Positions 1 to 13,665 are shown, numbered from the stretch's first letter. The stretch: 64,000 nt of DNA from Epiperipatus broadwayi (GCA_028023455.1 JAQFVV010000005.1:12028001-12092000), one strand, 5' to 3'. The notes: generated by a model not told the origin, from the sequence alone. A program made the numbers and translations.

Positions 1-1048
1 TTCAAGATATTCAGAAGAACCTTTAATGAAAATCTGAACAATATTTTATTTATACCAATTTAAATTAGCATTTCTGATTTTGAAGCATTCAAATATTTAG
101 AATTAGCATACTGTTAATAAATATCAACAATTACTCTTTAAATATGAAATTATTGTACTTAGTAAATATGCATTAATTTTGAAGATTAAATATCACATAA
201 ATGCAAATAAAGATGTTTTATCGTAATTTTAAATTACAATTTAAAACTTATTTCTAGCTTCCAGAAACAAACAGTAAAAGACATCAGAAAAATGCAAACA
301 AGATATCACATTGCATATTTTAAATGAATAGCCTCACTTATATGATTTATTATAATATTAATGTTTTAATACTAAAAGCAACTAAACTTTTTAATGTTAA
401 TGTAATAAATGATTAATATTAATCATTAATGTGTGTATCTAATGTAGGTTGTGCCAGGAAGATCAATATAGGAAGTGTGACTTGTAGTTCAAAGGGAAAT
501 TATTTAATATTTCTGAATAAAAATTGTTACATAAATAAAAATTTGGGCATTTTGAAGGTGAACCTGATAATGTAAAGTGGTATCAATTTGTTTATATTGT
601 AACTATTGTATTGGCAATGCCAAAGTTACATGGAGACACTTTTGAAAACCAAGGTGTGTGTACTCATTTATATATATATATTGTGCCGAGAGAACAAAAA
701 TCTTTCGAAGAACCGACAGCGATCCTGACATCTCTCGTACTAGATTTAAGGAAAGGCCCAGGGGTAATTCTCAATTCCCCAGCACGAGTGGCTATATGCA
801 GAAAAAAAAATATGATAAAGAACCTCCAGACAAAAATGAAAAATATTAATCTGTCGGATTTGCTGGCTTGACCTAGTTATTAACGACCATGGACTCGGAA
901 TAATGGAAAATGTTTAACAAAGTTTAATGAAATAAATAAAAAAACGACTATCAAGTTAGTTGAATAATTAAAAATGATTAAAGATAGTCTTAGTAAATAA
1001 ATAATAATCTTAGAGTTTTTAAAATGTTAAAGCAACGATAAAACGTTT

Positions 1049-1300
1049 ATGTCAAAATCCTTGATTATGTCTTATCGATGATATTGATATCCCAGCTCAT
1101 AAGTCTAGAACATAGCGGAGCATGACATACACAAAATAAATGTGTAAAATCAAATTAGACAAGCAAAATGATGATGTCAAAAACCCTCGATTATGTCTTA
1201 TCGATTCTATTGATATCCCAGCTCATAAGTCTAGAACATAGCGGAGCGTGACCTAAACAAAAAAAAAAATGTGTAAAATCAAAATAGACAAGCAAAATGA
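1049..1300. repeat. 126-bp tandem duplication inside the solo LTR
   Basis: GATTATGTCTTATCGAT...GATATCCCAGCTCATAAGTCTAGAACATAGCGGAGC occurs at 1063 and 1189 (period 126). Confidence 0.9.
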
Positions 1301-1749
1301 AAATGTTTGTAGAATTAAATAAATGAAAAAAATAACGGGATTTCTAGAATAAAATCAAGTTAGATATTTGCATAACAAATGAATCGCAATAAAGTAAAAC
1401 AGTTTTTTTTTCTCTGAGTACGCGCACATTAAAATAAAATAGTTTTGAATATACGCAAGTTAATAAAAGTTGAATAAATAATGGATCGTAATATAATAAA
1501 AATAGTTTTTCTGAATACACGCACATAGATAAAGAAGTTAAAATAATGGTTTAAAAATAGTGTCGTAAAACTAATATTTAAAGTAATGTTCGTAATGATT
1601 AAAAATCAATATTATAAGATTAGTGTAAAGAAATTTTTAAATAATGTTTCTTAAGGGTTATAAATAATACTGGAATATAAATGAATAGTGTAAAATATTG
1701 TTCGTGTAAATTTAAAAATAAGGTTGGAAGATTATTAATAAAAAAATAA

Positions 1750-2357
1750 AAGTCAATCTAAGATGTATTAAGAGTGTGTAAGTATACATGTGTATATACG
1801 CGCACATACACTGGTAATATTCGGTAAATACGATACCTTATGATGAGTATCTTAAATGTATTTATCCAGATATCCTTTTAGGTTATTTTCTTGGTACTGC
1901 TGCACCTTATGATGAGTGCAAAAAGGGACTTATTTATTATAGATTCCCTATAAGCAAGTCAAGTAATAACTCAATATCTAGAATATTAGTAGGTGTAGAA
2001 ATATGCTGCACGTATACACGTGTTAAATAAAGATGTTCATAACGATTTACAAATAATATTATAAGATTAGTAATAAAAATATAAAATCAATCTAATGTGT
2101 ATTAAGAGTGTAAGTATACATGGGTATATACGCGCACATACACTGGTAATATTCGGTAAATACGATACCTCATGCTGCGTATCTTAAATGTATTTATCCA
2201 GATATCCTTTTTTGGTTATTTTCTTGGTACTGCTGCACCTTATGATGAGTGCAGAAAGGGACTTATTTATTATAGATTCCCTGTAAGCAAGTCCAGTAAT
2301 AACTCGATATCTAGAATATTAGTAGGTGTAGAATTATGCTGCACGTATACACATGTG
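1750..2357. repeat. ~332-bp-period duplication inside the solo LTR
   Basis: CGCACATACACTGGTAATATTCGGTAAATACGATACC... occurs at 1801 and 2133. Copies are nearly identical through ...GCTGCACGTATACAC. Confidence 0.9.
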
Positions 2358-5300
2358 TAGGAATTATCTAAAATAATAAATCTTTACAGTCAACAATTAA
2401 AATTGCAAGAGATAAAATGGTCAAAAATGACGCATTTTACTCTAAATCGGAGGGGGGGGGGGTGTAATGTGCCAATGCCAAATTGGCACATGTATATAAA
2501 ATAATTTTGTATAAAAATTATTATCAAAATCTTTCGGAAAAAAGAATTTGAAAGAAAAGTTACAATTAATTACTTTAAAGAGGGGAGAGGGAGTTTTCCT
2601 ATAAAAAAAATTAAAAGTTAAAAATCTCTTTTCATTCCAGTTTAGTAGAATAAATGTGTAGATATGTGCGATGGTAAATAGAAATAAATGTTAGCTCAAA
2701 TGCGTGTTAGAATAATATTAAAAAAATAATAATAATAATTGAAATGAAATGTATTTAAAAACACAGTGGTGGGCTACTAAAGATATAAAAAACAATACGT
2801 TTATGAAAGCTACTACTAATCAAACAATCAATCAAAAAACACGTCATAGGATTAGTTATCAAGGAATTTCGACAACACCTATTGCACTTATTCCCGGAGG
2901 ATATCAAAACGAAAACAATTCACAGATATAAATAGCTAGATTTTATCGGACAGGCTAGTTTTGAGTTTGCAATTCAGTCTAGTTTCCAGTGACAGTTTGT
3001 TTCAGTACAATTTCTATTATGTATACAGAAACCAACATGCACTGTTGAGCGGCCTTGGAATATACGCTTGTGCTCCAGCCTTTTTGTCCAACAAGATCAT
3101 CAAAACCTGCCTGTGAAATAATGTCTTCATAACAACTCTGAAATCCTCCGTCAAACGTTCAACTGTCTTCAAAAATAAAACAAATGGATTCGCATAAAAT
3201 CTCTTCAAGAATCGTCAAAATCTAACTGGTTAGATATAATCCATCAGAAGCAACAGAAGTAGTCAACGACAAGAAAAAAAATCCTAGGTATATATTTTAT
3301 TATTATCATTTATACGTAGTAGTCACCACTGTAAACCGTAAATATTCAAGATTCAAATTATATGAACTCTATCATACATAAAATGAACTATTGATATGTG
3401 TGTGTAAGTTTCAAATGCTATTAATGCTTTAGTATTATGTTTGTGAATGTGAAATGATTTAAAGGTCAAAGATTATTTATGCTTTTTTCTTAAAATATAT
3501 TATCATGTGTTAATTTTAAAAAAAATGTGCGTGTGTTAAAATTGGATTTATAGAAATGTTTATAATGCGTTAATGTTAGTTAACAAATTATCTTTAAAAC
3601 TTAATTAGTGATAAGTAAAATAAATTATCTTTAAACTTAAACTTTATTTGTCGGTCAATTCTTCTTACCAACCTTTTATTAATTATTTCCACCACCAATT
3701 TTTGTATAATTTATTATAGATTAAAATTAGACTGGCTAGTTTATGGGATGGTTTCGAGCGCTGGATTATGAGCCTACTGCCCGAATACGTTAGTCCTTTG
3801 TACTAGCTGGCGCCGGGAGTTTACTCCGAAACAAATAAAGTATTTGGATAGTAGGGGTTTGAATCTAGCAGCCGAGATGGGCCATTGTTGATAGTTAAAG
3901 CTATCAATAAGATCTCCCATTTTGCTCGAATGTGCCGGCTCGTTCACGTATCATTTATAAGATTATAAATGTATATGAAAGGAGTTTGAAACCGGTCAAA
4001 ACTTATATACGTATAAGTAAGTGGTTTCAGCGGTTCGACCCGGTACAATATATATATACATGTACATACATGTAGGATTAAAATTAAAAGAGAACTAAAA
4101 TAGGCAGAAGTTGGTATATTTATTTAGTTAATTTTATCTTTATTTCAAAACAAATAGTCTTTAAATTCATTACAAAGATGACCCAAAGATTTATAAAGAC
4201 AGCAAAAGCCTTTTATATGTAAATGAGGTCAAAAATATTGAAATGAGATTTTTTTCTGTCTTGCTCACTCTTATTTAAAACAGAGGAGGAAATAAAACAA
4301 ATTATCTATTAAGTTAAAACTACCCAAGAAGTTAAATGTATAAATAATTTACTAAAATTGATGAAAATACTCAGGACATTTAAACTTTTCTGTAAAATGG
4401 CTTCCTAGATTAAAACAAATAGCCCATCAGTTCTTATCTCTAGTACAATGCTCAGCATTTTCCCTATCAAGTAATAAAATCTGCTAGAGATAAATGGAAC
4501 TTCGCAAATGAATAATCAAGAAGACCTGTTTAAGAAGAAATAAAATATCAATACTACATATAATTGCATTTAATATTTTGTTTAAGGATACTTAAAGGAA
4601 AACGAAGGGCTTTTAAACAAATGATAAGATAATCTAAAGCAAAGAAGCTTTATTGCTTTTATCTTGTTATCTTTTGAATATTCAAATAAATAAAAGAAGA
4701 AAAAACTGTCAAAAATGACATTATCTTTTATTCATGAATAGAAAAATATTTAAAATTTAAATGGTTCATGGACTGAATTATATCATTATTCATAAAGAAT
4801 AATATGAATTAAGTTATTTCCAGGAAAACAGAATAGAGATAAATAACATATTTTTTTCTTTTTGCATATACCTATTTGAGAAGTTATTGTATTATAATTT
4901 CCATCTTGAAAAGTATTCAAGAAAGAAATCTCTAAAGAAGATACTATCAATTTGTTTCAGTATTTTTTTTTGTTAATAAATTATTTCATTATTACTAAGT
5001 TGTTTTATTGTTATTTACAATGAAACAAGTACAGAATAAAAAACTTTGATATTTCATAAAATATATGAATTATCTACACTTAGTTATCATATTGCTATAA
5101 TACTTTTATTTTATACACACATGCTAATAAATATGTATAATTAATGCCACACACATGACTTGCAGGAAGAAACCCCACCCCATAGCTATGAGAACATGCT
5201 CTCCAGTGCACGACATTCAGGATGTACGTACTAGAGGCAAATGAGTATTTGTATACTGACTAAGACTTTACTATAAATAGTCAAAATAAGTCATATATCA

Positions 5301-5490
5301 CATGACCAGCTATCTCTTAAAAATAAATGCTTATCCAGAGCCAGCACTTAAAATATCCCTGTCAGACTTTACTAGTATATTTTTCTTCTTCTACTGCTAA
5401 TAGTTATTGTTACATAAATTAGTGCTGACAACATGCAGGCTCAAATATCCTGTTTGAATAAAGAAGAAAAAAAATGTGCATGGCATGTGT

Positions 5491-7640
5491 TTTAACAGGC
5501 AACCCTGGTATTAATTTCGGTGGTTTGTTTATACGTCTATCAAAAAATTGAATCTGTTGACCATGTAATTAGTAAATGTAAAACTATGGCTGCATAGTTG
5601 CCATAACACCTGCAGATAGAATTTGAATACTATCCACCATATTGGTTTAGAATATGAATCTCCTTTCTTAAATATATATTAAGAAATAAAATATACATAT
5701 CCTATATTAGGATATATGTTAAAAAATATTTAAAAAAATCTACCTAGTGGCCATTATTTCATTTAAAAAGACAACAATTTCTTCGGAAAAAGTATATTTA
5801 TGAGTGTCAATTAATAAACTGATCCCAAGCACCAATCTTACTAAAACAGTACAAATTATACTTTTCCCTTTTAAGAAATCGTAAAACTATCGCTAATTAG
5901 GTGCCCGGTCCTTTTAGTTAGCTCAAATCCCAGGGCTGGGAGATAACAATACCCATCAGGATGAACGGAAGTAATGGCTAAATGTGCATAATTGAAACAA
6001 GCTTTCCCTGCTTTATATATTTCTCAACTTAAGATACGTATATTTAAACTTACATATTAGCAACGGTTTCTTTTCTATACCCCTTAAATTAGATCGTGTA
6101 TCATTTAAAATTAGCTACTGTTGAACTCCCTCTTTCTACACCTTTATTCCCTCTATATGCGATCTATTTCTTTATCAAATCTATAGTTTAGAATTCAAAA
6201 TTACATGTAATATACTTGCTTATTCTGATATTCTGCCAGGAAGGAAACTAGCTAATGTAAGTGATAAATATGTTCATTAATGAGAGACAATTTGTTTTAA
6301 AATAAGTAGACAATTTTATTACTATGCCTAATTAAATATTGATAAAGAAAAACATATGTATAATTTATATATCAGTGATAACATAAAAAACAAAAAACAG
6401 AATTAATGAATTATAAAAGAACATATAATTAAACACCTGTGTGGGAATGCATTTATATGTTTTAAATTAAAATATATAATTTTACACAATGACTGAACCT
6501 TTGGAGAGCAACGATAAGCAATTTTCAGTTCTTCTAAGATAATAAAATTAGTTACAGTTACCTTGAAGTACCCGGGATTTTTTAATATGGATAAGTTTAT
6601 TTCCATGTAAGCTTGATTTTGACGATCCAACTGAAATTTATGTATTCTTTTACTGTCAAAGAATAAAACAATTTTTCTGCTAATAGCAAAAAGTTTGCAC
6701 GAATGTCCATTTTGTGGTATTACTTGGATCTAAGAAATAATGACGGCTTACTGGATGCATTCTTATTATACACAATTCGATATTTTCTTCCTTCCTGGAT
6801 TGTTTTAGCGGCATATCGATATGAGTTTCCTATGGTTCTTAGAGGGGCAAGCATTTAACAGTACAGCTAATATTTGGAGCATAGAATGGCAGCCTTACAC
6901 GTATTGATCTACTCCTGCATTCCTATTGTAGCGATGGTCTGAGTTACTATATCTAAATCCATTTTCTTCTTCTGATGGTTGATTGAAGGATTTCTTTTAA
7001 TGTTTCATTTTATAATATGAGCATAGCTGTATCAGTCAATTTAGCAACAAGAAAATGTTAATATTTCATTCCAGTTCGAAAAACCACTCTCGCTTGTTCT
7101 GATTTTTCGTTCTAACTAATTAATTTCTCCAATTCCTTTTGTTTCCCAAAATAGTTTATCAATATGCCGATCTCTATTTCTTAGGCATGCTTTTAACATT
7201 TTTTTCTTTCTCTGCCATACATTTACTTAAAATTCCTTGGAAATTTTGAGTGCTAAGTAATTGAACAAAAAATACAAAATTGCCTCAAGGTAGACGTATA
7301 TAAAAGTTCTTTCATTACTCTCATTAACATGCAATATACAATAAAACAACAGAAAAGTATACATTTGAAATAAATTAAATAATACAAGAAGAAAATTTAT
7401 ATATTTGCATATAACTGCATTCCCACAATTTATTAACATATTTTTATGAATTGAAACTATAAAAATCTTTCTTTTTTTTTAAATAAAAAAACTTTCAAAC
7501 TTTCTCTCTTTGACCTATATATCTAATTCTTTATATATGTACTCGCACACGTGAATCCAATTTATTAGACTCACGCTGATCTAGGCAGTTAGGGAATAGT
7601 GTAACTCCCTTGTAACAGGGTTTAAATCTGGCCAGTTACA
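5491..7640 (-). repeat. 3' LTR of the Gypsy element (2150 bp)
   Basis: Colinear with 11506-13665. Sampled 120-bp blocks differ at about 3-12 positions by eye. Confidence 0.95.
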
Positions 7641-7650
7641 ATGCCCCCCT
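7641..7650 (-). other. Polypurine tract of the Gypsy element
   Basis: Minus strand reads AGGGGGGCAT immediately before the TGTAACTGG start of the 3' LTR. Confidence 0.75.
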
Positions 7651-7699
7651 GTTGGAAAGACTTGGAAATGAGGTATACTTATTTTGAGGACTAAAATAT

Positions 7700-8620
7700 A
7701 GTACGGGTTTTAAAGCCCTAGCATTGTAGGACCCTTTAACCTCTGACCCAGTTTCCACCCAAAATGCACTGTTTCCCTGTCACTGTACAATAGTGAATGG
7801 ACCCTCATATAAATTACAAAACTTACGGCAGATGAATTTTCCTGGGTCACTAATGTGTAATGTTTTCACCAATACCTTGTTTGTCCCCTATTTGGAATGT
7901 ACTGGGTACCCACTGACCTTTTATTTCTATTTTGACTCCTTTTCATAAGGGTCTGGTAAGCTTGAGCTCTATCGACTTCTACATCAATTGGGGGCTTATC
8001 CAACCCAGGCAAGAGGATTTTTATTAATCGAGGGACATTTTCCTAAATGCAGCCATATTGGGGCAAACCCGGTCGATTCATTGACTGACCAATTGATATA
8101 ATCGATGACCTGTGTAACTTGCTTGACCGACCCTCGATGGTTCATTTGGGATATATATTCTAAATAACCAACCAAGTTCCTGCATAACCCTCTCACATGG
8201 GTTCGATTGCGGATTACAGATGGATATCAATATGTGCTTAATGCCCTGTCATTGTATCCACCTATGCCATTCCCCCGACATGAAGGGAGTGCCATGATCT
8301 GATAATAAAATGTTTGGTTTCCCTCAGTGGGAAAGTTGTTATTTTCTAGCACCATGACCAGATACTTCTTGTTAAAAGCAGGCAATGAACCATAGTAATC
8401 CAGGGCCATCATTTCCCGTTGCTTTGTTGGAATTATGGAAGTCATAGGTGTTACATAACTCCTATTAGCTGGATTTGCCTTTTGGCATATTTCACACTGG
8501 CTTACCATGGCCATAATTTTAGTGTGCATTTGAGGCCAATAAAACTAGTCCTGAAGCAAACGCTTAGTTTTGGGTGTGCCATAGTGACCATAGAGTTGGT
8601 GTACATTGGTGATAACAGCA
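7700..8620 (-). pseudogene. Gypsy integrase remnant (zinc finger, partial core, GPY/F module)
   Basis: ORF 8227-8529 has HTKIMAMVSQCEICQKANP and REMMALDYYGSLP. Near 7720-7870 the minus strand reads KFCNLYEGPFTIV...GNSAF...VKGSYNARALKP. Stops, frameshifts and an apparent deletion in the core. Confidence 0.85.
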
Positions 8621-8899
8621 TCCCTCATCTGATGTGGTAAGACAGGTTTCCACTCCTCTTGAATTTTATATTGCAATATTGTCTCATTCGATAGCGTCCT
8701 GCCTTGCTTCCCACCCAACTTAAGTCTGTTGTACCATTTTCCTCTAGCTGTTCAATCAGTGTCTTCAGTTGTCCATCTTCCCATTGGCATTGGGATAGTT
8801 GGGCCAGGTCTTGTTCCACTGCTTCATTCATTCTCACATTTAAACTGGCTATACATAGGTTATCTCCATTCAAGTGGCCTGGTTGAAATGATTTAAAAA

Positions 8900-9910
8900 C
8901 TCCAAGCTTTTATGGTCAGTAATGACAACCACTTTTGATCCCAACAAGTGTCCTGAACTTTTGGAATGCGCAGATGATAGCGAGGGCCTTTTCAGTAGTG
9001 GTAGTGTATCTCAGGTCCTTTAAGCAATCGGCTTATAAAGTACAATACCCCATCTGACCATCATCCTGCAACTGGAATAGTGTGACCCCCAGACCATACC
9101 CACTGGCTTCTTGAAATCAGGGAAAGCCAGCATGACTTGTTTCTCAAAACCATTTTATCTCCTCGAAGGCTTTCTCTTGTTCGTGATCCCATTTCCAGGG
9201 TACATTCTTCCTTACCAGCCTGACCAAAGGGTTCATCTGTTTGGCAAACCCTTCATAGAACCTGTTATAAAAATTGCATAGGCCTAGGAATGATCAAATT
9301 TGCTTCTGAGACTTAGGTTTAGGGAATTCTTGAATAGCTAGGATCTTGTCTGGGTGGGGTTTGATCCCCTGGGCACCCCCACATGACCTAAGAATGTGAC
9401 TTCATCCTTTCATAACATACTTTTTTTAAATCAATCTTAATCTTTCTTTAGGCATTCTTTGAAAAATACCACATCCTTAAAATGTTCCTCGATGGTCACT
9501 GATGCCACTAATACGTCATCTACGTACATCGTGACCAGCTTTTTAACCTCCTCTGATAACACTTGGTCTAAACATCTCAACAACCCTGCACCATTGTCTA
9601 TCAGGCCTAATGGCATGCAGTTAAACTGATAAGAATAACCATCATATCTAAAGGCAGTGTATTTCTAGTCTTCAGGATGGAATTGGATTTGCCAATAACT
9701 GGCGGTCAAATCAAAAATTGAAAATATTTTCTTTCCCTTAAACCTCCCTAACAGTTCCTGCATAGGTGGTGGGATATTACAATCTGGAATTGTTATTCGG
9801 TTCAACTGCCTGGCATCCAAAGTCTGATCGACCCATCTTTTTTTTTACAACCACCAATGGCTTACAATATGGGGATGAACACGTAGAAATAACTCCCCAC
9901 TTTACCATTT
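8900..9910 (-). pseudogene. Gypsy reverse transcriptase and RNase H remnant
   Basis: Minus strand reads SSPYCKPLVVVKKKDGSIRL, DARQLNRIT, IFDLTASYWQI, YTAF, MPLGL, MYVDDVLVAS (YVDD near 9515-9526). RNase H motifs GYGLGVTLFQ, YTTTEKALAII and VITDHKSLEF follow. Interrupted by stops and frameshifts. Confidence 0.92.
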
Positions 9911-10274
9911 GGTTGATTTGTTGCATAACATCATCCCAGTATTGATGTGGAACTGGATATGATCTAGACTAGAAAGGCTGATCCTGATTTACCTTAATCC
10001 ATTGGTCAAACTCTTTAATTACACCGGTACATCTGAAAAAAGGCTGCCATACTCTTACTAATACTTTCCGCAGCACACTCCTCTTCTCTATTGGCCACCT
10101 TTGCCTGCTGAATCTTTTCTGCTATAATCCTGTCCATTAGATCTGCCTCGACATTTATGACCCCTATTGAATGGTATAGGTCTGCCCCCAGAAATTTAAT
10201 TATTTTTTCTTTGCATGTGACTCTTTCCCTTTCATAGTCCAGAACACATTTATATTTGTGTAGGAAATCAGACC

Positions 10275-10577
10275 CTAATATGGCTCATGTATCAGATCCT
10301 TCATAATAAGGAATACATGAGTGAAAGGTTTTCCATTAATCTGTAAGTCCACCCATATCTGCTTGGGTTCTACCTTGGTCTTATTATTTGCCATCATTAC
10401 TTGGGTAGTCTTCAATGGAAGGGTTCTTATGTAAGATTGTTTTCTCATCAGTTTATTATATAGTATTTCGGATATCGCAAAAATTTGACTACCTGAATCT
10501 ATGACGGTTTCTATTTCTATTTGATCAATCCCAATACTAATATTTGGGTACCCCTGTTTAGCATAGCACGGGACCAT
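10275..10577 (-). pseudogene. Gypsy aspartic protease remnant
   Basis: ORF translation contains IETVIDSGSQIFAISE (DSG catalytic motif) and downstream VDLQINGKPFTHVFLIMKDL. Confidence 0.88.
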
Positions 10578-10685
10578 ATCTTCTCATGAACACACCAAAT
10601 TCCCCAAGTGTTTCATTTTTCCCTGGTGTACCAACTCTTTTCCATTTTCATCTGCCATATCTGTTTGACCTTTGTCCATGAATTT

Positions 10686-11200
10686 TCAGTCTCCAACCCA
10701 ACATATTTGCTCAGCTATCTCCATTTGACTTAATATTTTGTCAGTTTCTATAGCTGACCTATTACTTCTAATCCCCACAAAGCATCTTATTTCCAATGGC
10801 AAATTTTGGCATACTGTTCTTACGATCTGATTTTCAGACAGTTGGCACCTTTCTAATGCCTTCAGTGTGCCACTTGTCATCTGAAAAACTGTACATAACT
10901 TTCCTTACCATACTCCTGGAATGTTTGGGGTTGATTTAACATCGAATCCCACCATGTTTTGGCATATCTTTGAAGGTGGATATGCACTACAATTATTTTG
11001 CATTCCTCTGTCATCCCATATCTCCTAAAGTATCTTTGTAAACTGCTATGTTCTCTTGGCCTTTCTCCCTTCTGTCCTCTGAATACCTTTATTTCCATCC
11101 TCTCTATTTCTTGTAATTTTTCTATCATCACGCCTGTCTCTCTTGCTTTATCTCTGCTGTCCTGGTTTGTTGTTTTACTTTCCTTTTCCTGAATGGATTT
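10686..11200 (-). pseudogene. Gypsy gag remnant
   Basis: ORF 10877-11131 (FRGQKGERPREH...HLQRYAKTWWD...TFQEY) resembles retrotransposon capsid. It sits between the leader and the protease. Confidence 0.65.
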
Positions 11201-11505
11201 TCCCTTATTTCTACTTCTATTCTTATGTTTTATATCTAAGAAAACAAGCTCTTATTTCTGAATGAAATAATTAACACAATTTATTATTTTCTTCAACAAC
11301 GTGCTAGGCTCACCACCCCAGCTCACAAAGCACTATGCTGACTGTCACCTGCCTATTGTTGAACCTCTAATCATATCTGGTACTTTATTCTTCCAAGTAG
11401 TATTAACGAGACAAAATAATCAATAACTACAACACACACACACAAAAAAATTCTTTTCAACTTGCAGTTCTCCTACTTTCATAGCACCAATCATTGAAAA
11501 GCCAT

Positions 11506-13665
11506 TTTAACAGGCAACCCCAGTATTAATTTTGGTGGTTTGTTTATATGTCTACCAAAAAATTCAATCTGTTGACCATGTAGGATAGTATATGCAAAAC
11601 TATGGCTGTATAGTTGCCATAATACCTGCAGATAGAATTTGAATACTATCCACCGTATTGGGTTCGAATATGAATCCCCCTTTCTTAAATATATATTAAG
11701 AAATAAAATCTACATATCCTATATCAGGATATACGTTAAAAAAAAATTTAAAAAATCTACCTAGTGGCCATTATTTAATTTAAAAAGACAAACAACAATT
11801 TCTTCGGAAAAAGTATATTTATGAGTGTCAATTAATAAACTGACCCAAGCGCCCATCTTACTAAAACCGTAAGAATTATACTTTTCTCTTTTAATCTTAA
11901 AACTATCGCTAATTAAGTGCCCCGTCCTTTCAGCTAGCTCAAATGCCAGGGCTGGGAGGTAACAATACCATCAGGATGAACGGAAGTAATGGCTAAATTT
12001 GCGTAATTGAAACAAGCTTTCCCTGCTTTATATATTTCTCAACTTAAGATGCGTACATTTAAACTTACATATTAGCAACGGTTTCTTTTCTATACCCCTT
12101 AAATTAGATCGTGTATCATTTAAAATTAGCTATTGTTGAACTCCCTCTTTCTACACCTTTATTCCCTCTATACGCGATCTATTTCTTTATCAAATCTATA
12201 GCTTAGAATTGAAAATTACGTGTAATATACTTGCTTATTCTGATATTCTGCCAGGAAGGAAACTAGGCTAATATAAGTGATAAATATATTCATTAATGAG
12301 AGACAATTTGTTTTAAAGTAAGTAGACAATTTTATTACTATGGCTAATTAAATATTGAGAAAGAAAAACATATGTATAATTTATATATCAATGATAACAT
12401 AAAAAACAAAAAACAGAATTAATGAATTATAAAAGAACATACAATTAAACACGTATGTGGGAATGGATTTATACGTTTTAAATTAAAATATATAATTTTA
12501 CACAATGACTGAACCTTTGGAGAGCAACGATAAGCAATTTTCAGTTCTTCTAAGATAATAAAACTAGTTATAGTTACCTTGAAGTACCCGAGATTTTTTA
12601 ATATGGATAAGTTTATTTCCACGTAAGCTTGATTTTGACAATCCAATTGAAGTTTATGTATTCTTTTACTGTCAAAGAATAAAACAAAATTTTTCTGTTA
12701 ATAGCAAAAAGTTTGCACGAATGTCTATTTTGTGGTATTACTTGGAACTAAGAAATAATGACGGCTTACTGGAGGCATTCTTATTGTACACAATTCGATA
12801 TTTTCTTCCTTCCTGGATTGTTTTAGCGGCGTATCAATGAGATTCCTATGGTTCTTAGAGGGGCAAGCATTTAACAGCACAGCTACATATTCGGTGTGTA
12901 GAATGGCAGCCGTACACGTATTGATCTACTCCTGCATTCCTATTGTCGCGATGGTCTGAGTTACTATATCTAAATCCATTTTCTTCTTCTGATGGTTGAT
13001 TGAAGGATTTGTTTTAATGTTTCATTTTATAATATGAGCATAGCCGTATCAGTCAATTTAGCAACAAGAAAATGTTAATATTTCATTCCAGTTCGAAAAA
13101 CCACTCTTGCTTGTTCTGATTTTTCATTCTAGCTAATTAATTTCTCCAATTCCTTTTGTTTCCCAAAATAGTTTATCAGTATGCCGATCTCTATTTCTTA
13201 GGCATGCTTTTAACATTTTTTTCTTTCTCTGCCATACATTTACTTAAAATTCCTTGGAAATTTTGAGTGCTAGGTAATCGAACAAAAAATACAAAATTGC
13301 CTCAAGGTAGACGTATATAAAAGTTCTTTCATTACTCTCATTAACATACGATATACAATAAAACAACAGAAAAGTATACATTTGAAATAAATTAATAATA
13401 CAAGCAGAAAATTTATATATTTGCATATAACTGCATTCCCACAATTTATTAACATATTTTTACGAATTTATTTTAAAACAAATAACTATAAATATCTTTC
13501 TCTCTCTTTTTTTTTAAAATAAAAAAAAAACTTTCAAAGTTTCTCTCTTCGACCTATATATCTAATCGCACACATGAATCCAATTTTTAGACTCATGCTG
13601 ATTAGGCAGTTAGGGAATATTGTGTAACTCCCTTGTAACAGGGTTTGAACCCGGATACTGTTACA
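11506..13665 (-). repeat. 5' LTR of the Gypsy element (2160 bp)
   Basis: In element orientation it starts TGTAACAG and ends CTGTTAAA, followed by one base and TGGC (PBS-like start; cognate tRNA not recognised). Confidence 0.95.

Larger units (their letters stand above)
682..4047. mobile_element. Long solo LTR (3366 bp)
   Basis: Starts TGTGCCGAG and ends CCCGGTACA (TG..CA, imperfect terminal inverted repeat). ATAT flanks both sides (678-681, 4048-4051). It cleanly interrupts the outer LTR and has no recognisable gag/pol. Confidence 0.75.
598..5414 (+). repeat. Left LTR of the outer element, interrupted by the 682-4047 insertion
   Basis: 598-681 plus ~4060-5414 align by eye with 15263-16577 (shared blocks such as GTGTGTACTCATTTAT, TGTAGGATT, CAAATAGCCCATCAGTTCTTAT, CTGCTAGAGATAAATGGAACTT, GAGGCAAATGAGTATTTGTATA). 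Confidence 0.8.
5491..13665 (-). mobile_element. Ty3/Gypsy LTR retrotransposon, decayed, with both LTRs
   Basis: ~2.15-kb direct repeats at 5491-7640 and 11506-13665. GTGT at 5487-5490 and 13666-13669 (TSD). PPT next to the 3' LTR and TGG one base from the 5' LTR. Internal order is gag-PR-RT-RH-IN on the minus strand. Confidence 0.95.

Noticed and set aside
6403-6630. 75-aa ORF conserved at 12419-12646
   Set aside because: Both copies are inside the LTR pair. Conservation reflects LTR duplication, and the protein has no recognisable motif.
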